Source of the DNA: Azolla caroliniana
Taxonomy: Eukaryota; Plantae; Polypodiophyta
Direction: 5' to 3'
Assembly: GCA_043228905.1 (NCBI GenBank)
Contig: JBHGNT010000006.1
Location: 21,576,001 to 21,640,000, forward strand
DNA: 64,000 nucleotides
Each line of letters begins with the position of its first letter. The stretch's first letter is position 1. Under the pieces are notes generated by a model. That model saw only the letters and a list, made by a program, of their open reading frames with translations, had not been told where the DNA came from and ran no database searches. The translations under genes were made by a program, and so were the position numbers. Below, piece by piece: positions 54,533 to 64,000 of the stretch.

Positions 54533-55549
54533 ATGTCCGACTCAACTAGTGAGTTAGGCCAAATAATGGTAGCCTTACAACAACTACAGCTTGAAAATGA
54601 AGCTCTTCGAAATTCTTTACAAGAACTTCAGGTCGGTACCTCCCTATCCTCACAACCCCCGAACCCTAGTCTCCCACAACAACCTAGCCTAGAGCCCGAT
54701 CTTCTACCAAGATCTAGCCTAGCTTCGTCACAGTTTCTTGAGCCTAAGGTTAGCCTCCCAGAAAAATGTGATGGAACGAGGTCACGTTTCCGAGGGTTCA
54801 TCAACCAAGTTCGACTTATCATTCGGCTACAACCTCAACATTATGGAGATGGTCTTCGACAAGTCGGCCTTGTGGGCACCCTTCTCTCCAGTCCGGCCCA
54901 AGCTTGGTTTGCACCATTGGTAGAAACCTCGTCACCTCTATTGGAGGACTTTCCCGCCTTCCTTGCCGAGTTAGAGGCCACATTTGGAGAGACGGACCGA
55001 CGACGTACAACTCTTAACAAGATTTATGCACTCGAACAAGGTTCGCGTGCAGCTTCGGTCTATGCTTCAGAATTTCGACAACTAGCATGCGACGTCAATT
55101 GGGATGATCAAGCTTTAGCTGATCACTTTCGGCGCGGCCTTCGAAGCCATGTCAAGAATCTTCTCTTAAACTTTTCGGAGCCCACCTCGTTATCCCAAGC
55201 GATTTCACAAGCAGTCCATTGTGACAATCGTCTTTTCAAATTTCGTCAAGAAGAGCGCCGGACTTGGGTTCCACCTCATTCACTTCCACGCCACGCCCCG
55301 GTCATACAACCCTGGGCATCCTCACACTCACCTACTTTGGCAGATGCTCCTATCCCCATGGAAATTGATCAAGCCCGATTTTGGCCATTGACTGATGTTG
55401 AACGACAATTTCAGCGGGCTAATGGCTTGTGCATGTATTGTGGCGCCTCCGGTCATGTCGTTCGCCATTGTCCTAGGAGTACTCGCCCACAATTCCATCG
55501 AGCTAACGGACCCCAACATCCGGAAAACGACATCGTTCGGTTGCAGTAG
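54533..55549 (+). CDS. Chromovirus Gag (PEG10/sushi-like capsid plus CCHC), intact ORF
   Basis: 338-aa ORF with PKVSLPEKCDG, LEQGSRAASVYASEF, PMEID, CMYCGASGHVVRHC. Confidence 0.85.
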   Translation: MSDSTSELGQIMVALQQLQLENEALRNSLQELQVGTSLSSQPPNPSLPQQPSLEPDLLPRSSLASSQFLEPKVSLPEKCDGTRSRFRGFINQVRLIIRLQPQHYGDGLRQVGLVGTLLSSPAQAWFAPLVETSSPLLEDFPAFLAELEATFGETDRRRTTLNKIYALEQGSRAASVYASEFRQLACDVNWDDQALADHFRRGLRSHVKNLLLNFSEPTSLSQAISQAVHCDNRLFKFRQEERRTWVPPHSLPRHAPVIQPWASSHSPTLADAPIPMEIDQARFWPLTDVERQFQRANGLCMYCGASGHVVRHCPRSTRPQFHRANGPQHPENDIVRLQ

Positions 55550-58284
55550 GAGCCATGCAACTGGACATCTCTCGTCGCCCACATTCTCTTGGTTCCATTG
55601 CCGGACCATCAGGCAATTTCACATTGGAGGTATGGCTTTCGTTTAACTCTAGTTCTATTCAGTCTGTTGCTTTACTTGATTCTGGGGCATCTTCTTGCTT
55701 CATCGACGTCGCGTTTGCCCAAGCACATGGCGTACCTGCCGTTGGCCTCTCAAAACCCATTCCAGTTGAAGCCATCGACGGGTGCGTCCTCTCGTCAGGT
55801 GCAATTACTCAAGCTACAATCCCATTAGGGCTTTGAGTGGGCTCACACCAGGAGGAGCTTTCCTTTTACCTCATCGCATCTCCTCGACATCTGATCTTCT
55901 TAGGACTAACGTGGTTGGAGGCGCACAATCCAATGGTGGATTGGTGCAACCGCTCGATCACATTTAGCAAGCCAAGATGCTCGTGCAAAAGTATGAAGGT
56001 AAATTCAGTTTCCTATCCTTCGGAGACGGTCGACTCCGAATTGACTACCCCATCATCGGTCCAGGATGGGTTTGTTTGTGGCGCCATTTCTAACACACTC
56101 CATGTTATTCCCGAAAAATACCAACACTTCTCCGACGTATTTGAAAAATGTAATGCTGATCGTTTGCCTGAACATCGGCTCTATGACTGTCCGATTGATC
56201 TTCAAGAAGGTGCATGTCCACCCTTTGGTCCTCTATATGCGTTGTCTGCACCAGAGTTGAAGGCCCTTCGTGTGTATCTCGATGAGAACCTCGAGAAAGG
56301 ATTTATTCAACCTTCTAAGTCACCAGCCGGGGCCCCCATTTTATTTGTGAAGAAGAAGGACGGTTCTCTACGCTTATGCGTCGACTATCGACGTCTCAAC
56401 AAACTCACTGTGCGCAACCGCTATCCGTTACCTCTGATCCCCAAACTCCTTGATCGGCTCCGAGTTGCGCGTGTCTTCTCCAAAGTTGATCTGCATGGAG
56501 CGTACAATCTAGTACGCATCAAGCCAGGGGATGAATGGAAAACCGCATTTCGAACACGGTATGGGCATTTCAAATACAAGGTAATGCTTTTTGGTCTTAC
56601 TAACGCTCCCGCAGTTTTTCAACATATGATGAACGATATATTCCGGGAATATCTTGATCTTTTTGTTGTCATTTACCTCGATGATATTCTTATTTTCTCG
56701 CCAAACATGGAGGAGCACACTCGCCAAGTCCGATTAGTTCTTGCCAAACTTTGCGAGCATGGCCTTTATGCCAAAGGTGAGAAATGCGAGTTCGACCGTA
56801 CCTCGATCGAATTTCTGGGCTACATCATCTCGCCCACTGGCATCACCATGGATATGAAGAAGGTCTCTGTCATTCAGGCGTGGGCGACTCCAAGGCGACT
56901 TAAAGATGTGCAATCCTTCCTCGGCTTCGCGAATTTTTACCGTCGCTTCATCAAGGGGTTTTCCACCCTAGCACAACCTCTTATCGCTCTCACCCATAAA
57001 GGCACTCCATTTTTATGGACCTCGGAGGCGCAAAATGTGTTCGACTCACTCAAACCCACATTCATCACTGCCCCGGTGCTGCTACATGCCGACCCCACAA
57101 AACCCTTCCAAGTTGAAACCGATGCCTCTGACTTTGCCATTGGTGCCATCTTATCCCAGGCAGACGACAACAACCTAATGCACCAAGTGGCTTACTATTC
57201 CCGAAAATTTACAACATCTGAAATCAATTATCCCATTTACGACAAGGAGCTTGCTGCTATCATTGCTACCTTTGAAGAATGGCGACCCTACTTGGCCGGC
57301 GCACAACATCGTGTCCAGGTAGTGACTGATCATAAAAATTTAGTTTATTTTTCCACCACTCGTACTTTGAATCGAAGGCAGGCCCGTTGGTCGACATTTC
57401 TCGCCGACTACAATTTTGAGATTGTATTTCGACCTGGTGGCCAACATGGGAAGGCTGATGCCCTTTCTCGCCGAGCTGACCTTGCACTCCGCCCTGGGGA
57501 TGCTGCTTATGCTCAACAATCTAGACGTTTGTTGAAACCCGACCAATTGCATCTTTTTGCCACTTGTATGTTGCAGGATGATTCTTTACTCCAACAAATC
57601 ACTGATGCATCCAAGACCGATGCGTTCGCCAACGAGATTCGAGATAGTCTGCAAAACCCCTCCAAGGCGACCAAAAGGAAGGATCTTGACACCTTCACCA
57701 TACAAGAGGGTTTGTTGTTCCCAGATCATCTCTTCTACGTCCCAGAGGACCCATGTCGCACCCGGGTCTTGCGGGAATGCCACGATGACCCACTTGCAGG
57801 TCATTTCAAGGTCGCGAAAACCCTCGAGCTAATCTCTTGGGGGTATTGGTGGCCACAACCATGGAAGTTGGTCAAAGAATACATAAAGAGTTGTGAGTTT
57901 TGTGCTCGCTCCAAAGCCATTCATCATCGGCCATACGGCTTACTACAGCCGCTTCCATGTCCTCGTCATCCTTGGGCCTCTATCTTTATGGACCTGATAA
58001 CTGATCTACCCTTGGTCAATAGCTACGACTCGGTGTTGGTCGTTGTTGATCGGTTTACGAAGATGGCTCACTTCACTCCATGCTCCAAAACCATTTCCGG
58101 AGAAGGAATGTTGCATCTACTACTCAACAATGTGGTACGCTTGCATGGACTCCCCGATGATGTCATCTCGGATCGCGGACCCCAGTTTATCTCTCACTTC
58201 TAGCAGCGCCTGCTACAAACTTTAGGCATTTCTGTCAAGTTATCCTTCGCTTATCACCCCCAAACTGACGGGCAAACGGAGCGT
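55525..58284 (+). pseudogene. Chromovirus Pol (PR, RT, RH, INT N-part) in the -1 frame, with premature stops at 55834 and 58201
   Basis: LLDSGAS, LRLCVDYR, YLDDILI, ETDASD, HDDPLAGH...CEFC, SDRGPQF. Confidence 0.9.
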
Positions 58285-58414
58285 TGTCGCGTTGTTACGC
58301 ACGTGCATGGAGAAAGGAGGGACCATGGGGGTCTTGGACTAGGGAGTGATGGAGCGTAGGAAGTCGTGCTTTACTGTTTCTGGGGCATCCCAGAAACACC
58401 CCGGAAGCAACCGA

Positions 58415-58449
<35 letters not shown>

Positions 58450-60228
58450 GTGTGCTTGACACCGACTCACGCACACACACGCACACACACGCACACACAG
58501 CCTGACTCGACTCACGCCCTTATGTATAGAAAACGCAGGAAAAGGGGAAGCACCTGACACCAACAGAGACGTGGATATACACAGACAGACGCAAATGTAT
58601 ATATATATAAAGAAGAATACATTCCCGGCTTCGAGCCGGACTGAGGTAGGTTACAGTAGTTGTCTGCTGCCAAGCCGCCGTCGAGGAGCTCTCGGCTCGT
58701 CGCGCCGAGCGGGGTCTTGCACAGGAGGCCGAACCAAAGCAAACCCTAAGCAAAACACGAAGGGGGAGAAGAAGGAGAAGAAACCTAACTCTAAACCTAA
58801 TGGTATACCCTCTAATGCAAAATGGGCAACCCTACACAAAGGGGCGCTCCCTTCCTTTTATAGAACAAGGAAAGGGATGTGTTACAATGTGGGACAAATC
58901 CCGACTTTCATGGGATCGTCTGTCCCGACTTGACTACTCTTCGGCGCCATAAAGGCGCCCTCGATATTCACACTAAATGTACAAGGGTGCTTACACACGT
59001 TGCACCCCGCCGATGTAGCCAATGTTTCCTGCTTTCCGCCTCTGGCCAAAATTCTTTACGACATCCGCCCCCACCTAACTACACGTCCACCGGTATGTGC
59101 CAAATCTGGTTGAAGGGTGAGAGATTTCGGCCAGCGGGAAACCGGTCTTCCGTGATCCGTATCCCAGCTCGCTGCCGATTGATCCGTCGGCTTCGATTCT
59201 TCCTTCGCGCTTGCCTCCCCGTAGGCTCGTTCGACCCGTTGATGGGTCCTCTGCCGCGATCTCCATAGTACGCGTACTTCCGTTGGCCCTTGTTCGGCCG
59301 TATGAATGCCCTGCTTCCTGCCGTATGCCCCAATGTCCTCCGCTTGAGGCATGCCCGTAGTGGCCCGCTTGGCCTCCGTTGACCCTTCGTGATGCCCTGG
59401 TTGTCGTCCCATGTTGCTTCGCACGGCCACCGCCCTCTCACCGCCACCTTCCTTCTCCATGGTCTTACATTGCCGCGTCGGCTCGAACCGCCATGGTCTC
59501 CGGAACGGTGTGGAGGATCCCTTTCCGGCCTTCTCCGCGCTCGCCTTTCCGCTCCGGCACCTCCGTATGCCACATACCCTCGTCCGTTGTTTGGCACTGC
59601 CCGTGTTGCACTCCTTGTCGGCCCCCTTTCCGGCCAGATCGTGCATCGCTGCTCACCCGCATACTAGTGTCCTTTGCACCCGAGGAACACCCCGTAGTAG
59701 CACGCTTGGCCCTTCCCGTCTTCATGCTGCTGCAACAGGTCCTGAGTCTTCCGCTTGCCGTCGTCCCCTCACCCCCACCAGCTTGTCACCCCGGCTTTCC
59801 GTGTCAGTCTTCGTTACTTCGATGGAGCTACCGAGATCTACAAAGCGAGTGTGGAGGATCCTCCTCCGGCCTCTCTTGCCATCCTGATTCCGACCCTGTG
59901 CAGTCCACTAGGCACTTGTCACTTCATTCTCGACACCTCCCTTGTGCCGTCTTCCGCCCGCGCCGAACACCGTCCCGCAGTCACGCTTCGATCCGGCCCG
60001 CGATGGCCATTTGCGAGACTCTTGTTCTGTTCCAGGTGTGCGTTTCCGGCCCGACACACCTCCCCGTGTTTGCCCCTACTGGCTCCTTCCGAACCTCGTG
60101 TCGTCGGGTCCCGTTCCCTGCCGCCACCGTCCTTCTCCCTCGGTCTCACGTTGCCACGTTGGCCGAACTGCCGGAGTCTCCGGATCAGTGTGAGGGTCCC
60201 GTAGGACCGGACTTCCTTACGCCCATTG

Positions 60229-60570
60229 CCTTCGTCACCTCGCCGCCACCGTCAGTATCTTGGTCTTACGTCGACCGCGTTGCCTACTGCCGAAGTCTCT
60301 AGAACCGGTGTGAAGGATCCTCCGTAGACCGCCCATCCGTAGCCCCTTCACCTTCGTCACCTCGCTGCCACCGTCAGTATCTTGGTCTTACGTCGACCGT
60401 GTTGCCGACTGCCGAAGTCTCTAGAACCGGTGTGAAGGATCCTCCGTAGACCGCCCATCCGTAGCCCCTTCACCTTCGTCACCTCGCCGCCACCGTCAGT
60501 ATCTTGGTCTTACGTCGACCGTGTTGCCGATTGCCGAAGTCTCTAGAACTGGTGTGAAGGATCCTCCGTG
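60229..60570. repeat. 122-bp tandem repeat, about 2.8 copies
   Basis: CCTTCGTCACCTCG at 60229, 60351 and 60473. Confidence 0.9.
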
Positions 60571-61018
60571 GGCCGCCGATTTGTCTTCACGACCCTGTCC
60601 CGGGTCGTCCTTTTCCGCATGCCGAGAGGGCGTTTTGTTCCACACCCTCTCCCATGGTACCGACGTACCGTATCCTCGGCCTCTTCGTAGGCCAGCTCTC
60701 TTCCTCCCTCCCAGAATGGTCATCCGGGAGTCCGCTCCGCCCGGTTCTCGTCCGGGTCCATTCATCCTTCTCCGGATTGCCGGGTCCCATTCTCCTGTCG
60801 CCACCGATCTCTCTTGTCAGACTCACGCCGGCACTCGGGCCTGCAGCCAGATCGGTGTAAGGAATCCCATAGGACCGACTTTCATTCTCCTTCCAAATCT
60901 CGACCTTCGCCCGGTCGGTCTTTCTCCCCATGTAAAAGAGGGCGGCTCGTCCCGCACCCTCTTCCGTTTCGGCACTTTCATGCCGAATCCGGCCCCGATC
61001 GAACAATCCACGACCGGA

Positions 61019-62671
61019 TCACGCTCCACCCGTATCGGAATGCCGATCTCCTCGAGCCGCTGCCACCCTCGGCCTCCTCGCAGGCCGTTTCCCATCCGAC
61101 TTCGCTGGCATCATGCCAGGACTCCTCGATACCGCCATCCATCTCCTCGGTCTTACATGGCCATACGGGCCCGAATGCCGAGTTCTCTGGAATCGAGTCT
61201 GTGGGCTTTCGTCCGCTTGGGACTTACGTGGGCACTCGGGCCCCACTGCCATCGTCTCGAGAGCAAGTGTGGGAAGACACAAAGAATCGCCCGTCCGGTT
61301 TACGCCCTTGTCCATAGCCACAGACTCTTCGTGGTCGGCGGTCGTCTTCTTACCGATCGCACAAGCCCCGTCTGGGCTTGCTTCTCCAATGGTCGGGATC
61401 TCGGGTTGACACGCCCGAAACCGCCGGTCCCAATCATCCGGTTCCGCGATCTGTATCTCGGCCTCGTCCTTGGCCGTTCTATCTCCACAAGTCAAGAGGG
61501 CATTTTGTTCCGCACCCGTATCGGAATGCCGATCTCCTCGAGCCGCTGCCACCCTCGGCCTCCTCGCAGGCCGTTTCCCATCCGACTTCGCTGGCATCAT
61601 GCCAGGACTCCTCGATACCGCCATCCATCTCCTCGGTCTTACATGGCCATACGGGCCCGAATGCCGAGTTCTCTGGAATCGAGTCTGTGGGCTTTCGTCC
61701 GCTTGGGACTTACGTGGGCACTCGGGCCCCACTGCCATCGTCTCGAGAGCAAGTGTGGGAAGACACAAAGAATCGCCCGTCCGGTTTACGCCCTTGTCCA
61801 TAGCCACAGACTCTTCGTGGTCGGCGGTCGTCTTCTTACCGATCGCACAAGCCCCGTCTGGGCTTGCTTCTCCAATGGTCGGGATCTCGGGTTGACACGC
61901 CCGAAACCGCCGGTCCCAATCATCCGGTTCCGCGATCTGTATCTCGGCCTCGTCCTTGGCCGTTCTATCTCCACAAGTCAAGAGGGCATTTTGTTCCGCA
62001 CCCTCTCCCGTGGTACCGTCGTACCGATCTTCCGCCGTCGCGTGGGGCAAGTCTGTCTCCTCGGTCTCGGCTTCCGGCCTCGATCTTCCCTCTTCCTCGA
62101 GCATCGCTTTAAGAGCTGCGTACGCCTCCGCAATCCTGGTCCCAACGCCGACCCTTGCCGACTCTCTTTGTCGTTCGGCCTCTTCCCGCTGTGATGGCAC
62201 GCCGTCGCGTCCCTTCCTCTTAGCCTTCTCGGCTCGCTCATCATCTAGTCGTTGGCACACCCTTCCGACCTTCGACCAGTCCTCCATAAGCCCATTCGCT
62301 CCATCATCGTCTTCGAGCTCATTCCCGATGGCCTTCCGTTCCGCTCGGTCGATCGACCGGACGAACAATAGGACCTTGTCCACCCCCACCAAACCTTGTT
62401 CCCGCTCTGGGAGCCGAGCAAGCTGTCGCTTGAACTCCCGGAACGCCTTCATCGCGCCCCGGTGGGTCTTTGCTGATGCTATCCACTGGTCGAAGTCGTG
62501 TCGTCCCCGGCTTTTCCGCCGTCCTCCGTATGCCTTCAAGAGCGCCTCTTCGAAGGCCTCCCACGAACTATGAGCCTCACGGAGCTCCTTTACTTCCGCA
62601 TGCATCTGGACAGCTACGACCCGACGGAAGAACTCCAGCCTCAACGCCTCGTCTACGCCACGCTCCTCCAT
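61019..62671 (-). CDS. Gag-like ORF of element Q with an in-frame 162-aa duplication
   Basis: 550-aa ORF; SWEAFEEALLKAYG resembles the retrotransposon gag helix pattern; family assignment is inference. Confidence 0.5.
   Translation of the reverse strand: MEERGVDEALRLEFFRRVVAVQMHAEVKELREAHSSWEAFEEALLKAYGGRRKSRGRHDFDQWIASAKTHRGAMKAFREFKRQLARLPEREQGLVGVDKVLLFVRSIDRAERKAIGNELEDDDGANGLMEDWSKVGRVCQRLDDERAEKAKRKGRDGVPSQREEAERQRESARVGVGTRIAEAYAALKAMLEEEGRSRPEAETEETDLPHATAEDRYDGTTGEGAEQNALLTCGDRTAKDEAEIQIAEPDDWDRRFRACQPEIPTIGEASPDGACAIGKKTTADHEESVAMDKGVNRTGDSLCLPTLALETMAVGPECPRKSQADESPQTRFQRTRHSGPYGHVRPRRWMAVSRSPGMMPAKSDGKRPARRPRVAAARGDRHSDTGAEQNALLTCGDRTAKDEAEIQIAEPDDWDRRFRACQPEIPTIGEASPDGACAIGKKTTADHEESVAMDKGVNRTGDSLCLPTLALETMAVGPECPRKSQADESPQTRFQRTRHSGPYGHVRPRRWMAVSRSPGMMPAKSDGKRPARRPRVAAARGDRHSDTGGA
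61027..61998. repeat. 486-bp tandem duplication
   Basis: CACCCGTATCGGAATGCC at 61027 and 61513; copies appear identical. Confidence 0.95.
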
Positions 62672-62683
62672 TTCCGCGTTGTA

Positions 62684-63269
62684 GGCGTCACTCCCTTCTT
62701 TGCCAACTATGGTTTACATCCTCGCTTCAACATTTCCCTTCCTACCACTTCCGTGAACCCTTCGGCGGAGGATCGCGCCCACATTTTGGAAGAACTACAT
62801 CATGATTTATCCTTAGAGCTTAGTCTTGCTAGTGAACGGTACAAGACGCAGGCTGATCACCATTGATCTTCCACTCCACACTTTGTCGTTGGAGACATGG
62901 TTTGGTTGTTACGTCGACACATCTCTACTACTCGTCCATGTGCGAAACTTGATTACAAGAAGTTGGGACCATTCCGTATCATCGAGTGCATCAATCCCGT
63001 CGCCTTTCGGCTCGCCCTTCCATCCCACTTCCGGATTCATGATGTTTTTTATGTCTCCCTCCTCGAACCCCATTATGCTTCACAACTCCCAGGATGTCAG
63101 GCCCCACCAACACCACCTGTGCAATTGACGACAGGGGAGGAATACGAGGTCAACCAAATCCTTGACTCGCATTGGCACCGTCAACACTTGCAATACCTCG
63201 TCCTATGGAGGGGTTACCCCATGTCTGAGGCCACGTGGGAACCATCGACAAATTTACAAAATGCCCTAG
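62684..63269 (+). pseudogene. Integrase C-terminus and chromodomain of P
   Basis: TPFFANYG, KLGPFRI, IHDVFYVSLL, EEYEVNQILDSH...YLVLWRGYPMSEATWEP. Confidence 0.9.
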
Positions 63270-64000
63270 AGGTCGAAGACGGATTGGAGACAGTCAATTT
63301 GGACAAGAGCTGGAACGAGTTGGAAGCAACCAATTCTGAAGAAGAGTTTGATTCAGAGGAGCTGGATCAACTCAAGGCCATATGGACGAGGAGGCAATGG
63401 AAGTCGACACTGATACCGAGGGACCAACGGGTCAAGAAGCGTTGAAGTCGCAACAACAAAGGAGCTAAGAAGGGCCTTATGAGCAGAGAAGCCGATTGAG
63501 AAGGTCGACGAGCGTGGAACCGGACGGGTCGAAGAAAGCAGGACCGGACCGGACAAGGAGCGCGAACTAGGCGGGAGGACGCCAAGAGGAGCCAGAGGAG
63601 AGGACCGTCTACCGCAGACACTAACACTATGATCCGACCTCAAGTTGAGCTTGAGGGGGAGTGTTGAGCGAACAAGCTCAACCGGATCCAGATTGGTCGA
63701 GTAAGCTAGAGCCGGATCAAAGTCTAGAACAAACAACCGGATCGGTGTCCGGATGGTATCTAGAACCAAGAACTGGTTTGGAGAGCCAGATCAGATTGTA
63801 ACCGGTAGGCCGTTAGAGGCCTACAAATCTAGCCTAGTACGTAGGCATATTTTTAGGAGTCAATGTCAGTCGCTCGTATGAGCATTGAAGTACATGTTAG
63901 TACTTCTGTTAGTCCTTTTAAGGACTTGTATAAAAGGTGTTATGTAGGACACCGTTGTCACGTGGTTCTTCACACACGATATGAAAAATAGTAAAATAAT

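Larger units (their letters stand above)
58285..62683 (-). mobile_element. Element Q: gag-bearing LTR element with no recognisable pol; 3' LTR 58285-59063; 5' end deleted
   Basis: LTR TGTCG...CGACA; PPT GGTGGGGGCGGA abuts the LTR on minus; inserted after the GQTER codons of P integrase. Confidence 0.75.
54153..63269 (+). mobile_element. Element P: Ty3/Gypsy chromovirus (Tcn1/Tf1-sushi-like), 3' LTR deleted, interrupted by Q
   Basis: LTR TGTCA...TGACA 54153-54482; gag, PR, RT, RH, INT in Gypsy order; chromodomain. Confidence 0.9.
51828..64000 (+). mobile_element. Element O: C-family Copia 3' half (INT end, RT, RH 51828-54152; tail 63270-63661; 3' LTR from 63662), interrupted by P
   Basis: KCYNP, LYVDD, TKHIEVHYHF motifs; PPT GAGGGGGAG 63653-63661; LTR start TGTTGAGCGAACAAGCTCAAC resembles the LTR at 20341. 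Confidence 0.85.

Noticed and set aside
55547-55552. Stop-codon readthrough at the gag TAG
   Set aside because: Pol is in a different frame; a -1 frameshift fits better
60521-62194. 557-aa plus-strand ORF
   Set aside because: Antisense shadow of the GC-rich Q ORF, inflated by the 486-bp duplication; no motifs

Overview
Eukaryotic land-plant genomic DNA, probably from a non-seed plant (inferred from a Tcn1-like chromovirus). The left ~17.6 kb is AT-rich and gene-bearing. It holds the first coding exon of a SYT4/SYT5-type synaptotagmin (minus strand, running off the left edge), a GA/CA microsatellite block plus a 183-bp tandem array upstream of it, a complete 3-exon R2R3-MYB gene (minus) with a 63-bp minisatellite in intron 2, and a 470-bp hAT-type non-autonomous element. 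From 17.6 kb to the end is a deeply nested, decayed LTR-retrotransposon cluster: Tnt1/Tork-like Copia elements, a second Copia family, solo LTRs with intact TSDs, Gypsy-type gag-bearing elements, and a chromovirus. Most notable are three things. (1) The chromovirus has no tRNA PBS but an 11-nt site complementary to its own predicted transcript 5' end (Tf1-type self-priming), plus a -1 frameshift signal. (2) A 78-bp TG..CA mini-element has 17-bp TIRs and a 5-bp TSD. (3) A 4-bp-TSD solo LTR appears to have captured part of a Copia LTR. All calls come from reading the sequence by eye; no searches were run.
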